Below, in pieces: positions 1-14,878 of a DNA stretch of 64,000 bases. Below the pieces are notes generated by a model. It saw nothing but the letters and a program-made list of their open reading frames with translations, was not told the origin of the DNA and did no database searches. The DNA is from an uncultured Chloroflexia bacterium (GTDB taxonomy: Bacteria; Chloroflexota; Dehalococcoidia; UBA2979). The DNA lies in the NCBI GenBank assembly GCA_963728205.1, contig CAVSIV010000006.1, positions 1,248,001 through 1,312,000 on the forward strand, written 5' to 3'. Every line of letters starts with the position of its first letter. Within the stretch, counting starts at the first letter, position 1. The translations under genes and the position numbers were made by a program.

Positions 1-2
1 TC

Positions 3-152
3 GTCGCGCACTTCCGCCGCCAGCTGCAGGCGGACGAGCAGGCCGGCCGCCGGCGCATCGAAGAAGTCGAGCGCGAGGCCCGGATCGCGCGCGACCTGCT
101 CGTGCGGCTGAGCGAGCAGAGCGACGAGCTGCGCGGGGGGCAGCCGCTGTGA
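3..152 (+). CDS. 3' end of an upstream gene (helical, unknown function), partial
   Basis: Frame 3 is open from the window start ([13 protein letters not shown]...GGQPL*) and its TGA overlaps the thrC GTG (GTGA). Confidence 0.6.
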   Translation, partial: VAHFRRQLQADEQAGRRRIEEVEREARIARDLLVRLSEQSDELRGGQPL

Positions 153-1228
153 CCGCCGAGCGGTCCGCCACCGGCGCCATGCCCACGCGCTTCATCCTCG
201 AGCGCTACCGCGAGTTCCTCCCGATCACCGACGCCACGCCGATGGTCACGCTCGGCGAAGGCGGCACGCCGCTCGTGCGCATGCCGCGCCTCGAGCGCGA
301 GGCCGGCGTCGGCACCGTCTATCTGAAGCTCGAGTCGACGAACCCGACCGGGTCGTTCAAGGACCGCGGCATGGTGATGGCCGTCGCGAAGGCCGTCGAG
401 GCCGGCGCGCGGGCCGTGATCTGCGCGTCGACGGGGAACACCTCCGCCTCCGCCGCCGCGTACGCGGCGCGTCACGGGCTGCGCGCCTATGTCGTCGTGC
501 CCGCGGGGCGCATCGCGATGGGCAAGCTCGCGCAGGCGGTCGTTCACGGTGCCGAGATCGTCTCGATCGACGGCTCGTTCGACGACGCCCTGCGCATCGT
601 GCGCGAGCTCGCGGAGCGCCACGAGGTGGCGCTGGTGAACTCCGTGAACCCGCATCGCATCGAAGGCCAGAAGACGGCCGCGTTCGAGATCGTCGACGAG
701 CTCGGCGACGCGCCCGATGTGCTGTGCATCCCGGTCGGCAACGCGGGCAACATCACCGCGTACTGGCGCGGATTCGGCGAGTACTACCACCGGGAGCGCG
801 CCTCGCGGCTGCCGCGCATGTGGGGGTTCCAGGCCGCGGGCGCCGCGCCGCTGGTGCTCGGCGCGCCCGTCGCGAAGCCCGAGACGATTGCGACGGCAAT
901 CCGCATCGGCAACCCGGCCTCGTGGCAGGGCGCCGTCGACGCGCGCGACGCCTCGGGCGGCGCGATCGAAGCCGTCACGGACGACGAGATCCTGTCGGCC
1001 TACCGCCGACTTGCGAGCGAGGGCGTGTTCTGCGAGCCGGCCTCGGCGGCGTCCGTCGCGGGGCTTCTCAAGCGCGCCGCCGGGGCCGACCTCTCGGAGC
1101 AGACGGCGGTCTGCGTGATCACCGGCAGTGGGCTCAAGGATCCAGACACGGCGCTCGGCGTCGAGGCGGTGCGGCACGACGCGAAGGCCGACGTCGCGGA
1201 CGTGGCGCGGGCGCTCGGCTGGGCTTGA
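149..1228 (+). CDS. thrC: Threonine synthase
   Basis: [13 protein letters not shown]-lysine motif, [25 protein letters not shown]; start may be ATG 179. Confidence 0.95.
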   Translation: MTAERSATGAMPTRFILERYREFLPITDATPMVTLGEGGTPLVRMPRLEREAGVGTVYLKLESTNPTGSFKDRGMVMAVAKAVEAGARAVICASTGNTSASAAAYAARHGLRAYVVVPAGRIAMGKLAQAVVHGAEIVSIDGSFDDALRIVRELAERHEVALVNSVNPHRIEGQKTAAFEIVDELGDAPDVLCIPVGNAGNITAYWRGFGEYYHRERASRLPRMWGFQAAGAAPLVLGAPVAKPETIATAIRIGNPASWQGAVDARDASGGAIEAVTDDEILSAYRRLASEGVFCEPASAASVAGLLKRAAGADLSEQTAVCVITGSGLKDPDTALGVEAVRHDAKADVADVARALGWA

Positions 1229-1345
1229 ACGCGGTGCGCGCGAGCCCGGTCGGCCGGGCCCCGCGTGCTAGCATGATGTGTCGTTGCACCAGAACTCCTA
1301 CAGCGTGGTACGAAATACCGGCTCCCACCGAGGGCGGGTAAAGGC

Positions 1346-1948
1346 ATGAGCGCGATGACCAGCGTCGACAGTCCGAACGGGCGCTTCGACCCGACCGATC
1401 CCGCGTTGCTCGAGACGATCCGCACCATGATCCGGCTGGTGGGCGAGGACCCCGATCGCGAGGGGCTGCTCGAGACGCCGCGCCGCATCGCCGCGATGTA
1501 CGCAGAGCTCTTCGAGGGACTTCACCTCGACCCGGTCGCGGCTCTCTCGGTTGGGTTCGAAGAGGGTCACGACGAGATGGTGATCCTCCGCGACATCCCG
1601 TTCCATTCGATGTGCGAGCACCACTTCCTGCCGTTCCACGGCAAGGCGCACGTGGGGTACCTGCCGGACGGCCGCATCGTCGGCCTCTCGAAGATTGCGC
1701 GGGCCGTCGAGATCTTCGCGCGCCGACCGCAGGTGCAGGAGCGGCTCACGACGCAGATCTCCGAGTGCATCGACTCGGTGCTGCACGCGCGCGGCGTGGC
1801 GGTGGTGATCGAGGCGGAGCACCTCTGCATGACGGCGCGCGGCATCCGCAAGCCGGGAGCCGTGATGGTGACGTCGTCGATGCGCGGAGCGTTTCGCGAC
1901 GACGTGAACACGCGCCAGGAGTTCCTGCAGCTGATCGGGCAGGGGTGA
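1346..1948 (+). CDS. folE: GTP cyclohydrolase I
   Basis: [38 protein letters not shown] motifs. Confidence 0.97.
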   Translation: MSAMTSVDSPNGRFDPTDPALLETIRTMIRLVGEDPDREGLLETPRRIAAMYAELFEGLHLDPVAALSVGFEEGHDEMVILRDIPFHSMCEHHFLPFHGKAHVGYLPDGRIVGLSKIARAVEIFARRPQVQERLTTQISECIDSVLHARGVAVVIEAEHLCMTARGIRKPGAVMVTSSMRGAFRDDVNTRQEFLQLIGQG

Positions 1949-3249
1949 GCGCGGTGCACCCCGCCGCCGACGCGGCCCCGCGCCGCCGCGGCGCTGCCGC
2001 GCCGCCGGCGCGCGTCGCCATGCTCTCGTACCACACGTCGCCACTCGCGCCCCTCGGCGGCAACGAGACGGGTGGCATGAACGTCTACGTGCGGGCGGTC
2101 GCCGAGCGGCTCGGGGCGATGGGTGCGCAGGTCGACGTCTTCACGCGGCGCGACGACGCCGGCGCGCCGGCGGTGGTGGCGTTCGCGCCGGGGGCGCGGC
2201 TCGTGCACGTCGACGCGGGCCCGGCCCGGCGCGTCGACAAGAACGCGCTGCCCGCGCACGTCGCCGCGTTCGCCGCCGGCGTGCAGGCGTTCGCCGCCGG
2301 CGGCGGGCGTGCGTACGACGTCGTGCACTCGCACTACTGGCTCTCGACGCTCGCCGGCGAGCGGCTGGCGGCGGCCTGGGATGTGCCGCACGTGACGATG
2401 TTTCACACCCTCGCGGAGGTGAAGCTCCGCGCCCGCGCGTCCGAGCACGAGGCGCCGGAGCGACTCGAGGCGGAACGCCGGCTGATGCACGGGGTCGATC
2501 GCATCGTCGCCGCCACGGATCACGAGCGGCGCGTGCTGCGCCAGATCTACCGCGTGCCGCCGCAGCGGATCGGCGTCGTCCCGCTGGGGGTTGACCTCGA
2601 ACGCTTTCAGCCGCGCGACCGCGCCGCGGCGCGGCGCGCGCTCGGCATCGACCCGCGGGAGCGCATCCTGCTGGCGGTCGGTCGCATCCAGCCACTGAAG
2701 GGGCTCGACATCCTCGTGCGCGCCCTGAGCGAGCTCACCGACCGAACGGGTGTGCGCCTGCTCATCGTCGGCGGCGACCACCAGGCCGCGGCGGAGATCG
2801 CGCGGCTCGAGGCGATCGCCGGTGAGGTCGGCGTTGCGGACGCCGTGCGCTTTGTCGGGCCGGTCGCGCACGAAGCGCTCGCTGGCTATTACAACGCCGC
2901 CGACGTCGTGGTGGTGCCGTCGTTCTACGAGTCCTTCGGGCTTGTCGCCGTGGAGGCGATGGCGTCAGGGGTGCCCGTGGTCGCCTCGCGCGTCGGCGGG
3001 CTGCCGTCGACGGTGGCGGACGGGCGCACGGGCTACCTCATCCCCTGGCGCTGCCCCGAACCGTTCGCGGAGAAGATCGAGCTGCTGCTGCGCAACGAGC
3101 CGCTGCGCGCGGCGCTCGGCGCCGCGGGGGTCGCGCGCATGCGCGACTACTCGTGGGACGCCGTCGCGGAGGGGCTGTGTCTGCTCTACCGCGACGTGAT
3201 CGATGCCCGCCGCCACGCGCAGACGGTGCACGTCGCCGGCGGAGGGTAG
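1945..3249 (+). CDS. mshA: GT4 glycosyltransferase, MshA-like (D-inositol-3-phosphate glycosyltransferase)
   Basis: [46 protein letters not shown]; GTG overlaps the folE stop. Confidence 0.75.
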   Translation: MSAVHPAADAAPRRRGAAAPPARVAMLSYHTSPLAPLGGNETGGMNVYVRAVAERLGAMGAQVDVFTRRDDAGAPAVVAFAPGARLVHVDAGPARRVDKNALPAHVAAFAAGVQAFAAGGGRAYDVVHSHYWLSTLAGERLAAAWDVPHVTMFHTLAEVKLRARASEHEAPERLEAERRLMHGVDRIVAATDHERRVLRQIYRVPPQRIGVVPLGVDLERFQPRDRAAARRALGIDPRERILLAVGRIQPLKGLDILVRALSELTDRTGVRLLIVGGDHQAAAEIARLEAIAGEVGVADAVRFVGPVAHEALAGYYNAADVVVVPSFYESFGLVAVEAMASGVPVVASRVGGLPSTVADGRTGYLIPWRCPEPFAEKIELLLRNEPLRAALGAAGVARMRDYSWDAVAEGLCLLYRDVIDARRHAQTVHVAGGG

Positions 3250-3259
3250 ACTCGCGCGC

Positions 3260-4093
3260 ATGCCGACCCGACGCACGACGACCCGCCCGCGCACCGGCGC
3301 CGCCATCCGCCGCCCGCCGCAGACGCGGGTCAACGCCGACACCATCGACGAGCAGGCCGACCTGATCGAGCAGCTCGCGCTCCACGTGCCGAAGCGGGCG
3401 ATGGTCGTGATGGCGCACCCCGACGACACGGAGTTCTCGTGCGGTGGGACCGTCTCCACGCTCTGCCGTGACGGCTGGGACGTGCAGATCGTCGTCACGA
3501 CGAGCGGCAACAAGGGCACGAAGGATCCCGAGGTGACGGGCCAGTTCCTCGCCGGCGTGCGCGAGGAGGAGCAGCGCCGCGCCGCAGAGGTGATGGGTGC
3601 CCGCGAACCGGTCTTCTTCGGTTTCCCGGATGGGTACATCCGCAACGACGACGAGCTGCGCGGGCTGATCGTGCGCCAGATTCGGCTGCACCGCCCGGAG
3701 CTCGTGATCACGTGGGACGGGTTCCGGCCGGGGTTCAATCACAGCGACCACCGGCTCACCGGGCAGGCGACCTACGACGCGATCTACCCGGCCGCCGACG
3801 ACCACCTCTATTACCCGCTCGACAAGGAGGAGGGCCTCGCGCCGCACCGGCCGCTCGCGTTGCTGCTCGCGGGGACGAACGACCCGGACTACGTGGTGGA
3901 CATCGAGCCGGTGCTCGAGACGAAGGTGCGTGCCGTGCTCGCGCACACCTCGCAGATGGGTGGGCGCTCCGAGGAGCAGCTGCTGGGAATGTGGCGGGAG
4001 CGCGCAGAACGCGAGCGCGCGGTGTCCGCCGACGAGCAGCCGTTGCAGCCGATCTTCCGCGAATCGTTCAGGAAGGTCCTGCTCCGGCGCTGA
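3260..4093 (+). CDS. PIG-L/LmbE family deacetylase (MshB/BshB-like)
   Basis: AHPDDTEF, REEEQRRA, HSDH, AHTSQ motifs. Confidence 0.85.
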   Translation: MPTRRTTTRPRTGAAIRRPPQTRVNADTIDEQADLIEQLALHVPKRAMVVMAHPDDTEFSCGGTVSTLCRDGWDVQIVVTTSGNKGTKDPEVTGQFLAGVREEEQRRAAEVMGAREPVFFGFPDGYIRNDDELRGLIVRQIRLHRPELVITWDGFRPGFNHSDHRLTGQATYDAIYPAADDHLYYPLDKEEGLAPHRPLALLLAGTNDPDYVVDIEPVLETKVRAVLAHTSQMGGRSEEQLLGMWRERAERERAVSADEQPLQPIFRESFRKVLLRR

Positions 4094-4145
4094 CTCGGGC
4101 GCGGCTCTGGGCCCGGGCGCAGGGCCGGCCGCCTCCCGGCACGCG

Positions 4146-4174
4146 TTGACACTGAACCCGTGCGGGGTCAAAAT
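4146..4174 (+). promoter_or_regulatory. Sigma70-type promoter of the str/S10 supercluster
   Basis: TTGACA-17 bp-CAAAAT in an AT-rich patch upstream of rpsL. Confidence 0.7.
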
Positions 4175-4387
4175 CATATTTCGCGCCTCTGAGAGCGCGT
4201 GGCAGCATCCACGACCACGGTCGGTTGGCCGGATCGCGGTGAGGACCGGCGACACCAAGCGCGCTTCGGCGCGCCGTCGCGGCCCAGGCTCATCGCCAAG
4301 CCATTCGGCCGTTCATGTTGCCTTCTGACAGGTTGCACGGACCGCGGTGGCTTACCGGGGTCTGGAGCAGGGAAGCAAGGAATCGGC

Positions 4388-4801
4388 GTGCCGACGATCA
4401 ATCAGCTCGTACGCAGCGCGCGCAAGCCGGTGCGCCAGAAGACGAAGGCGCCGGCGCTGCGCTTCCGGCTGAACACGTTGAAGAACCGCATGGTGCGCTC
4501 GCCGAAAGGTTCGCCCCAGAAGCGCGGCGTCTGCACCCAGGTGCGCACCGTCACGCCGAAGAAGCCGAACTCGGCGCTGCGCAAGGTCGCGCGCGTGCGG
4601 CTCTCGAACGGCATCGAGGTCACCGCGTACATCCCGGGCGAGGGTCACACGCTGCAGGAGCACTCCGTGGTGCTGATCCGCGGCGGTCGTGTGAAGGACC
4701 TCCCGGGCGTGCGCTACCACATCATCCGGGGCGCGCTCGACGCGCAGGGCGTGAACGGGCGCAAGCGCGGACGCTCCAAGTACGGCACGCGGAAGTCCTG
4801 A
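4388..4801 (+). CDS. rpsL: 30S ribosomal protein S12
   Basis: [41 protein letters not shown]; N-terminal insertion after PAL. Confidence 0.98.
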   Translation: MPTINQLVRSARKPVRQKTKAPALRFRLNTLKNRMVRSPKGSPQKRGVCTQVRTVTPKKPNSALRKVARVRLSNGIEVTAYIPGEGHTLQEHSVVLIRGGRVKDLPGVRYHIIRGALDAQGVNGRKRGRSKYGTRKS

Positions 4802-4802
4802 C

Positions 4803-5270
4803 ATGCGACGCAACAAAGCTCCCCTCCGCCCGACCGAGCCCGACCCGCGCTACCAGTCGCGCGTGCTCAGCAAGTTCATGAACAAGCTGATGCTCAGCGG
4901 CAAGAAGAGCACGGCCGAGGGCATCGTGTACGACGCACTGGACCGCATCGAGGGCCAGAGCGGGCGCCGCGGCATCGACGTGTTCGAGCAGGCCGTGCGC
5001 AACATCATGCCGATCATCGAGGTCAAGCCGCGCCGCGTCGGCGGTGCGACGTACCAGGTGCCGGTGGACATCCGCAGCGAGCGCCGTCAGGCGCTGGCGC
5101 TGCGCTGGCTGCTGGCCGCCGCGCGTTCCCGTTCCGGGCGCTCGATGGCCGAGAAGCTCACCGCTGAGCTGCTGGACGCCGCCAACAACGCCGGCAACGC
5201 CGTTCGTCGCAAGGAAGAGACGCACCGGATGGCCGAGGCCAACCGGGCGTTTGTGCACTACCGCTGGTAA
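4803..5270 (+). CDS. rpsG: 30S ribosomal protein S7
   Basis: [26 protein letters not shown]. Confidence 0.98.
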   Translation: MRRNKAPLRPTEPDPRYQSRVLSKFMNKLMLSGKKSTAEGIVYDALDRIEGQSGRRGIDVFEQAVRNIMPIIEVKPRRVGGATYQVPVDIRSERRQALALRWLLAAARSRSGRSMAEKLTAELLDAANNAGNAVRRKEETHRMAEANRAFVHYRW

Positions 5271-5351
5271 CCGCGCGCCCACGACCGCCCCGCCTGCGCG
5301 GGGCGGCTCGGTGTGTGGCGCCGTCCCCAGCAGAACAGGTTTAGAGGAAGC

Positions 5352-7448
<2,097 letters not shown>

Positions 7449-7474
7449 CAGCGACCAGGTAGGAGACACCGAAC

Positions 7475-8674
<1,200 letters not shown>

Positions 8675-8700
8675 TTGAGTCCGGGCAAGAGGGACCGCAA

Positions 8701-9009
8701 GTGCCGCAGCAACGCATCCGGATCAAGTTGAAAGCGTTCGACCATCGCGTGCTCGACGCCTCGGCGAAGCAGATCGTCGAGTCCGCGGAGCGCACCGGGG
8801 CGGTCGTCGCCGGGCCGGTGCCCCTCCCGACGCGCATTCGGAAGTACACGGTGATTCGCTCGCCGTTCATCGACAAGGACTCGCGGGACCAGTTCGAGAC
8901 CCGCACCCACAAACGATTGATCGACATCATGGAGCCGACGTCTCGCACAGTGGACACGCTGATGCGGCTGCAGCTTCCTTCCGGTGTCGACATCGAGATC
9001 AAGCTGTAG
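8701..9009 (+). CDS. rpsJ: 30S ribosomal protein S10
   Basis: [26 protein letters not shown]. Confidence 0.98.
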   Translation: MPQQRIRIKLKAFDHRVLDASAKQIVESAERTGAVVAGPVPLPTRIRKYTVIRSPFIDKDSRDQFETRTHKRLIDIMEPTSRTVDTLMRLQLPSGVDIEIKL

Positions 9010-9019
9010 GGACCGCTCG

Positions 9020-9853
9020 ATGGCCATCGGCATGATCGGACGCAAAGTCGGGATGATGCGCCTCTATGACGGCGCCGGGCGTGCGCGCGGCGTGAGCGTC
9101 ATTGAGCTCGGCCCGAACACGGTCACGCAGCTCCGCACGCCGGAGCGCGATGGCTACACCGCGGTGCAGGTCGGGTTCGACGGCAACCGCAAGCGCTTGA
9201 ACCGCCCCGAGCGCGGCCACCTCCGACGCGCCGGCGTCGAGCAGGTTGCGCTGGACGAGCTGCACGAGTTCCGTCTCGCCGAACCCGGCGCGTACGAGCT
9301 CGGTCAGCAGCTCACCGTGGACCTGTTCCAGCCCGGGCAGTTCGTGAACGTGCGCGGCACCTCCAAGGGGCGCGGGTTCGCGGGCGGCGTGCGGCGGTGG
9401 AACTTCCACGGCGGGCCGAAGACGCATGGCCAGTCGGACCGCCACCGGGCGCCGGGCTCGGTGGGCGCCGGCACGACGCCGGGCCGCGTGTTCAAGGGCC
9501 AGCACATGGCCGGCCACATGGGCGCGGAGGCGGCGACGCAGACCAACCTGCTCGTGGTCCTGAGCGACCCGAGTCGCAACCTGCTGTTCGTCGAGGGCTC
9601 GGTGCCGGGCGCGAACGGCGGCATCGTGATCGTGGTCCCGGGCCGCCGCAAGGCGCTCGCGGACTTCCAGCCGCCGGAGCTGCCGGGCGGCGTCGAGGAG
9701 ATCGAGGAGCCGGTCGCCGAGGCGCCCGCGGCCGACGAGGCCGAGGAGGCTGCGCCGCCGGCCGAGACGGTGGAGGCCGCCGAGACGGCCGAAACCGCTG
9801 AGTCTGGCGAGGCGGCGCCGGCCGAGGGCGAGAAGAGCGAGGCGGGCGAATGA
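9020..9853 (+). CDS. rplC: 50S ribosomal protein L3 with acidic C-terminal tail
   Basis: GRKVGM, DGYTAVQVG, SKGRGFAG, HRAPGSVG. Confidence 0.97.
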   Translation: MAIGMIGRKVGMMRLYDGAGRARGVSVIELGPNTVTQLRTPERDGYTAVQVGFDGNRKRLNRPERGHLRRAGVEQVALDELHEFRLAEPGAYELGQQLTVDLFQPGQFVNVRGTSKGRGFAGGVRRWNFHGGPKTHGQSDRHRAPGSVGAGTTPGRVFKGQHMAGHMGAEAATQTNLLVVLSDPSRNLLFVEGSVPGANGGIVIVVPGRRKALADFQPPELPGGVEEIEEPVAEAPAADEAEEAAPPAETVEAAETAETAESGEAAPAEGEKSEAGE

Positions 9854-10545
9854 AGCTGCAGGTGATCGGGCCCAGCGGCCAGCCCGCCGACAGCATCGAC
9901 GTCGACGACGCGGTGTTCGGCATCGAGCCGAACGAGCCGGTCGTGCACCAGGCGCTGGTGGCGCAGCTCGCCGCGCGGCGAGCCGGCACGGCGCGCACGA
10001 AGACGCGCGGCCAGGTAGCGGGATCGACCAGGAAGATCCGTCGCCAGAAGGGGCTCGGCATGGCGCGCCAGGGCGCGATCCGGGCGCCGCAGCACCGCGG
10101 CGGCGGCATCGTGTTCGGCCCGTCGCCGCGGTCGTACGTGCAGCGGCTCCCCAAGCGCATGCGTCGGCTCGCGATCCGCTCCGTGCTCTCGTCGCGTGCG
10201 CGCGACGAGCGGCTGGTGGTGTTGAGCGACGTCGGGCTCGACGCGCCGTCGACGAAGGGGCTGCGGGCGCTGCTCGCGGCCGCCGGCGTCGAGCAGTCGG
10301 CGCTGCTGGTGCTCGGCGGGGCCGACCGCAACGCGCTGCTCTCGGCGCGCAACCTGGATGGGACGCGGGCGCTGCCGGCCGACACCCTGAACGTGGCCGA
10401 CATGCTCGCGCACCGCACGCTGGTGATGACGGTGGACGCGGTGCGCCGCGCCGAGGCGCTGTGGGGCGGTGAGCGTGCCGCCGGCCGCAACGCGCCGGCG
10501 GCGGCTGCGGGCGCGGCCGGGACGTCATCGGGGATGGAGGCGTAG
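9850..10545 (+). CDS. rplD: 50S ribosomal protein L4
   Basis: GTARTKTRG, QKGLGMARQG, GGGIVFGP. Confidence 0.97.
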   Translation: MKLQVIGPSGQPADSIDVDDAVFGIEPNEPVVHQALVAQLAARRAGTARTKTRGQVAGSTRKIRRQKGLGMARQGAIRAPQHRGGGIVFGPSPRSYVQRLPKRMRRLAIRSVLSSRARDERLVVLSDVGLDAPSTKGLRALLAAAGVEQSALLVLGGADRNALLSARNLDGTRALPADTLNVADMLAHRTLVMTVDAVRRAEALWGGERAAGRNAPAAAAGAAGTSSGMEA

Positions 10546-10547
10546 CG

Positions 10548-10850
10548 ATGCCGAAGGCGATCCACGTCTACAACGTGCTGCGCCGCCCGATCGTCACGGA
10601 GAAGAGCACGATGCTCGCCGGTCACGGCAAGTACGTGTTCGAGGTGGCGCGTGACGCCAACAAGCCGCAGATCAAGGACGCCGTCGAGAAGGCGTTCAAC
10701 GTCAGCGTGACCGCGGTGAACACGACGCTCATGCGCGGTCGCCGCAAGCGCAACCGCTACGGGCGTGCGACGGGCGAGGCGCCGACCTGGAAGAAGGCGA
10801 TCGTCACGCTCAAGTCCGGTGATCAGATCGAGCTGTTCGAAGGCATTTAG
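10548..10850 (+). CDS. rplW: 50S ribosomal protein L23
   Basis: [26 protein letters not shown]. Confidence 0.97.
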   Translation: MPKAIHVYNVLRRPIVTEKSTMLAGHGKYVFEVARDANKPQIKDAVEKAFNVSVTAVNTTLMRGRRKRNRYGRATGEAPTWKKAIVTLKSGDQIELFEGI

Positions 10851-10858
10851 GGACCGCC

Positions 10859-11692
10859 ATGCCGATCAAGACTTTCAGGCCGACGTCACCCGGGCGCCGC
10901 AACGCCTCCGGCCACAGCTTCGACGAGATCACGAAGAAGCGCGCCGAGAAGGCGCTGCTCGTCTCGAAGAAGAACAACGCCGGGCGCAGCGGCGGCAAGA
11001 TCGCCGTGCGCCACCGCGGCGGCGGTCCCAAGCGGCGCGTCCGCATCGTGGACTTCAAGCGCGACAAGCTCGGCGTCCCGGGCCGCGTCGCGGCCATCGA
11101 GTACGACCCCGGACGCACCGCGCGGCTGGCGCTGATCTTCTACGTCGACGGCGAGAAGCGGTACGTGGTTGCGCCGGACGCGCTGAAGGTCGGCGACACG
11201 ATTCTCTCGGCCGATAACGCGCCGATCGCGCCGGGGAACACGCTGCCGCTGTCGGCGATTCCGACCGGCACGGCGATTCACAACGTGGAGCTACAGCCCG
11301 GCAAGGGTGGCCAGCTCGGTCGCTCGGCCGGCACGGCGATCCAGCTGATGGCGCGCGACCAGGGCTACGCCCTGCTGCGCATGCCGTCCGGCGAGATGCG
11401 CCAGGTGCTCGAGAGCTGTCGCGCGACGATTGGGGTCGTGGGCAACTCGGAGCACGCGCAGGTCAAGCTCGGCAAGGCCGGACGCACGCGGCACCGGCGA
11501 CGCCGTCCGCAGGTGCGCGGCTCGGTGATGAACCCGGTCGACCACCCGCACGGCGGTGGCGAGGGCAAGTCGCCCGTCGGCATGCCCGGCCCGAAGACGC
11601 CGTGGGGCAAGCCGGCGCTCGGCTACCGGACGCGAAACAACAAGCGCACCGACAAGTACATCGTCCGGCGGCGCGGCAAGGGCCGGAGGTAA
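10859..11692 (+). CDS. rplB: 50S ribosomal protein L2
   Basis: [22 protein letters not shown]. Confidence 0.98.
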   Translation: MPIKTFRPTSPGRRNASGHSFDEITKKRAEKALLVSKKNNAGRSGGKIAVRHRGGGPKRRVRIVDFKRDKLGVPGRVAAIEYDPGRTARLALIFYVDGEKRYVVAPDALKVGDTILSADNAPIAPGNTLPLSAIPTGTAIHNVELQPGKGGQLGRSAGTAIQLMARDQGYALLRMPSGEMRQVLESCRATIGVVGNSEHAQVKLGKAGRTRHRRRRPQVRGSVMNPVDHPHGGGEGKSPVGMPGPKTPWGKPALGYRTRNNKRTDKYIVRRRGKGRR

Positions 11693-11695
11693 TCG

Positions 11696-11980
11696 ATGTC
11701 GCGATCGACGAAGAAGGGTCCGTACGTCCACCCGTCCCTCATGAAGAAGGTGACGGTGGCGCAGGCCGCGAGCCGCAAGGAGGTGATCAAGACCTGGTCA
11801 CGCTCCTCCACGATCATGCCGGAGATGGTCGGACTGACCATCGCCGTGCACGACGGGCGACGGCACGTGCCGGTCTTCTGCACGGAGAACATGGTCGGGC
11901 ACAAGCTCGGGGAGTTCTCGTTCACGCGGACGTTCCGCGGCCACCGCGGCCGGTCGGAATCGACGTCGAGGTCCGGCTGA
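11696..11980 (+). CDS. rpsS: 30S ribosomal protein S19
   Basis: [23 protein letters not shown]. Confidence 0.98.
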   Translation: MSRSTKKGPYVHPSLMKKVTVAQAASRKEVIKTWSRSSTIMPEMVGLTIAVHDGRRHVPVFCTENMVGHKLGEFSFTRTFRGHRGRSESTSRSG

Positions 11981-12321
11981 TGGAAGTACGTGCCAAGGCC
12001 GCCGACCAGCCCGTGTCGCCCCGCAAGGTGCGGCTCGTGCTCGACCTGATCCGTGGACGCTCCGTGGAGGATGCGCTCAACGTGCTGCGGTTCACGCCGC
12101 AGCCGTCCGCGCGGATCGTCGCGCAGGTGGTGAAGTCCGCCGCGGCGAACGCGGAGAACAACTTTGATCTGAACCCGGACGGGCTCGTCGTGAAGCGGGC
12201 CTTCGCGGGGGACGCGCGGAAGCTGCGCCGATTCAAGGCGCGCTCGCGCGGGCGGGCGGCACCGCGCATCAAGCGCTATTCGCACATCGAGATCGTGGTC
12301 GAGGGAGACGAGGGGTTCTAA
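11980..12321 (+). CDS. rplV: 50S ribosomal protein L22
   Basis: SPRKVRLVLDLIRG, SAAANAENN; ATG overlaps the rpsS TGA. Confidence 0.97.
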   Translation: MEVRAKAADQPVSPRKVRLVLDLIRGRSVEDALNVLRFTPQPSARIVAQVVKSAAANAENNFDLNPDGLVVKRAFAGDARKLRRFKARSRGRAAPRIKRYSHIEIVVEGDEGF

Positions 12322-12989
12322 TGGGTCGGAAAGTACACCCCTACGGCTTCCGCGTCGGTGTCACGCGCGACTGGCAGTCCAAGTGGTACGCGGACCGCAA
12401 CTACGCGGCCTTCGTGCACGAGGACCTGCGGCTGCGCAAGCTGATCATGAACACGCTGCCGGACGCGGGCGTGTCGCAGATCCTGATCGATCGCAACGCG
12501 AACCAGATCACGCTCACGGTGAAGACCGCGAAGCCCGGCATCGTGATCGGCCGCGGCGGCCAGAACGCCGAGATGCTGCGCACGATGCTGCAGAACGCGA
12601 CGGACAAGCGCATCCGGCTGAACATCGAAGAGATCCGGGTCCCCGAGCTCGATGCGTTCCTGGTGGCGCGCTCGGTCGCGGACCAGCTCGAGCGCCGCGT
12701 GGCGTTCCGGCGCGCGATGAAGCAGGCCGTGCAGCGCACGATGCAGCGCGGGGCGCTCGGGTGCCGCGTGCGCATCGGCGGCCGGCTGGGCGGCAGCGAG
12801 ATGTCGCGGTCGGAGGCGGAGATGCAGGGCCAGGTGCCGCTGCACACGCTGCGCGCGGACATCGACTTCGGGATCGCCGAGGCGCACACGACGTTCGGCG
12901 TGATTGGTGTGAAGTGCTGGATCTACAAGGGCGAGATCACGCGGGAGAACAACCCGCTGTTCGCGTCCGCCATCGCGGAGACGGAGTAG
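12321..12989 (+). CDS. rpsC: 30S ribosomal protein S3
   Basis: [30 protein letters not shown]. Confidence 0.98.
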   Translation: MGRKVHPYGFRVGVTRDWQSKWYADRNYAAFVHEDLRLRKLIMNTLPDAGVSQILIDRNANQITLTVKTAKPGIVIGRGGQNAEMLRTMLQNATDKRIRLNIEEIRVPELDAFLVARSVADQLERRVAFRRAMKQAVQRTMQRGALGCRVRIGGRLGGSEMSRSEAEMQGQVPLHTLRADIDFGIAEAHTTFGVIGVKCWIYKGEITRENNPLFASAIAETE

Positions 12990-12993
12990 CGCC

Positions 12994-13410
12994 ATGCTGA
13001 TGCCGCGGCGCACCAAGTACCGCAAGTCTTTCCGCGGCCGTCGTCGCGGCGCCGCGCACAACGGCTCGACGGTGTCGTTCGGGGAATTCGGGCTGCAGGC
13101 GCAGACGACGGCCTGGATCGACTCGCGGCAGATCGAGTCCGCGCGACGCGCGATCACGGGTTCGCTGAAGCGCGGCGGCAAGGTCTGGATTCGCGTGTTC
13201 CCGGACAAGCCGGTCACGAAGAAGCCGGTCGAGGTCCGCATGGGCAAGGGCAAGGGCGCGACCGACCGCTGGGTCGCGGTGGTGAAGCGCGGGCGGGTGA
13301 TGTTCGAGGTCGCCGGCGTTCCGGAGGACGCGGCGCGCGAGGCGTTCCGCAAGGCGCACCACAAGCTGCCCGTGAAGACGAAGGTAATCACGCGCGAGGA
13401 GGCGCTCTGA
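12994..13410 (+). CDS. rplP: 50S ribosomal protein L16
   Basis: [18 protein letters not shown]. Confidence 0.98.
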   Translation: MLMPRRTKYRKSFRGRRRGAAHNGSTVSFGEFGLQAQTTAWIDSRQIESARRAITGSLKRGGKVWIRVFPDKPVTKKPVEVRMGKGKGATDRWVAVVKRGRVMFEVAGVPEDAAREAFRKAHHKLPVKTKVITREEAL

Positions 13411-13688
13411 TGGCGCGCGACACCGGCGACCTGCGCGCCCTGTCGGACGAGGCGCTGCAGCGCGAGCTCGACGAGACGCATCAGGCGCTGTTCAACCTGC
13501 GCTTCCAGGCCGCGACCGGCCAGCTGTCCGATGTGATGCAGGTGCGCAAGACGCGCCACCGCATCGCGCGCATCAAGACGCTGCAGCGCGAGCGCCACAT
13601 CCTGGCGATCGCCGACGCGGCGGCAGCGGCGTCGGGTGCGGCTTCCGCCGCAGGCGCCGCCGGCGCGGAGAACGAGGGATCCCGATGA
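13410..13688 (+). CDS. rpmC: 50S ribosomal protein L29 (Ala-rich tail)
   Basis: LFNLRFQAATGQL, IARIKT. Confidence 0.96.
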   Translation: MARDTGDLRALSDEALQRELDETHQALFNLRFQAATGQLSDVMQVRKTRHRIARIKTLQRERHILAIADAAAAASGAASAAGAAGAENEGSR

Positions 13689-14149
13689 CGCAGCCATCCG
13701 TGGGCGCACCGGCCGAGGCGTCGGTCAACCGCAAGCGGCGCGTGGGCACCGTGGTGTCCGACATCAACGACAAGACGATCGTCGTCGAGATCGTGCGCCA
13801 GGCGCCGCACCGCATCTACCACAAGGTGATCCGGCGCACGAAGCGTTACCACGTGCACGACGCGGACAACCGCGCGACGGTCGGCGACCTCGTGCGCATC
13901 GAGGAGTGCCGGCCGATCAGCAAGACGAAGCGCTGGCAGCTCGTCGAGGTGCTGACGGAGCGCCAGGTGGCCGAGGTGGCGCCCGAGAAGCTCGACGCGC
14001 AGATCGTGGACGAGTTCCAGCGCTCGGCCGCGCGTGCGGAGGCCGAGTCGCGCGAGAGCGCCGATGAGGCGCCGGAGGCGGCCGCCGAGGCTGCGCCGGA
14101 GCCCGAGACGGCGCCGGCGGATGCAGGCGACGAGGAGAAGGCGGAGTAG
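13685..14149 (+). CDS. rpsQ: 30S ribosomal protein S17 with acidic tail
   Basis: GTVVSD..DKTIVV, ECRPISKTKRW. Confidence 0.96.
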   Translation: MTQPSVGAPAEASVNRKRRVGTVVSDINDKTIVVEIVRQAPHRIYHKVIRRTKRYHVHDADNRATVGDLVRIEECRPISKTKRWQLVEVLTERQVAEVAPEKLDAQIVDEFQRSAARAEAESRESADEAPEAAAEAAPEPETAPADAGDEEKAE

Positions 14150-14521
14150 ATGATCCAGCAGGAGACCCGCCTCAAGGTCGCCGACAACTCCGGCGCCCGC
14201 GAGATCCTCTGCATCCGCGTCCTCGGGGGCTCGCGCCGCCGCTACGCGCGCGTGGGCGATCTGATCGTCGCCTCCGTGAAGGAGGCGCAGCCGAACGGCG
14301 CGATCAAGAAGGGCGACGTGGTGCGCGCGGTGGTCGTGCGCACGGCGCAGCCGGTGCAGCGCATCGACGGATCGGTGATCCGGTTCGACGAGAACGCCGC
14401 CGTGCTGGTCGCCGACAAGGAGGGGAACCCGCGCGGGACGCGCATCTTCGGGCCGGTGGCCCGCGAGCTGCGCGACCGTCGGTACATGCGCATCATCTCG
14501 CTCGCTCCGGAGGTGCTGTAG
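14150..14521 (+). CDS. rplN: 50S ribosomal protein L14
   Basis: [25 protein letters not shown]. Confidence 0.98.
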   Translation: MIQQETRLKVADNSGAREILCIRVLGGSRRRYARVGDLIVASVKEAQPNGAIKKGDVVRAVVVRTAQPVQRIDGSVIRFDENAAVLVADKEGNPRGTRIFGPVARELRDRRYMRIISLAPEVL

Positions 14522-14838
14522 TGGCCGCGAAGATTCGCCGCAACGACACCGTCCAGGTGGCCGCCGGCAAGGATCGCGGCCGCCGCGGCGACGTGCGCCA
14601 GGTGCTGCCCGACGACGGGCGCGCGGTCGTGACCGGCGTGAACATGGTGAAGAAGCACCAGCGCGCGCGCTCGCCGCAGGAGCCGGGCGGGATCATCACC
14701 GCCGAGGCGCCGATCCGGCTCGACAACCTGCGCCTGGTGTGCGCGGCCTGCGACAGGCCCACGCGCGTCGGTTTCCGGCGGCTCGAGGACGGGCGCAAGG
14801 TGCGCTACTGCAAGCGCTGCAACGAGACGATCGACTGA
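14521..14838 (+). CDS. rplX: 50S ribosomal protein L24
   Basis: AGKDRG KOW motif, GGIITAEAPI, Zn-type CxxC pairs. Confidence 0.96.
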   Translation: MAAKIRRNDTVQVAAGKDRGRRGDVRQVLPDDGRAVVTGVNMVKKHQRARSPQEPGGIITAEAPIRLDNLRLVCAACDRPTRVGFRRLEDGRKVRYCKRCNETID

Positions 14839-14878
14839 TGCGACGAGAGACGACGATGCGACGGACGGTGGTGGCGCG

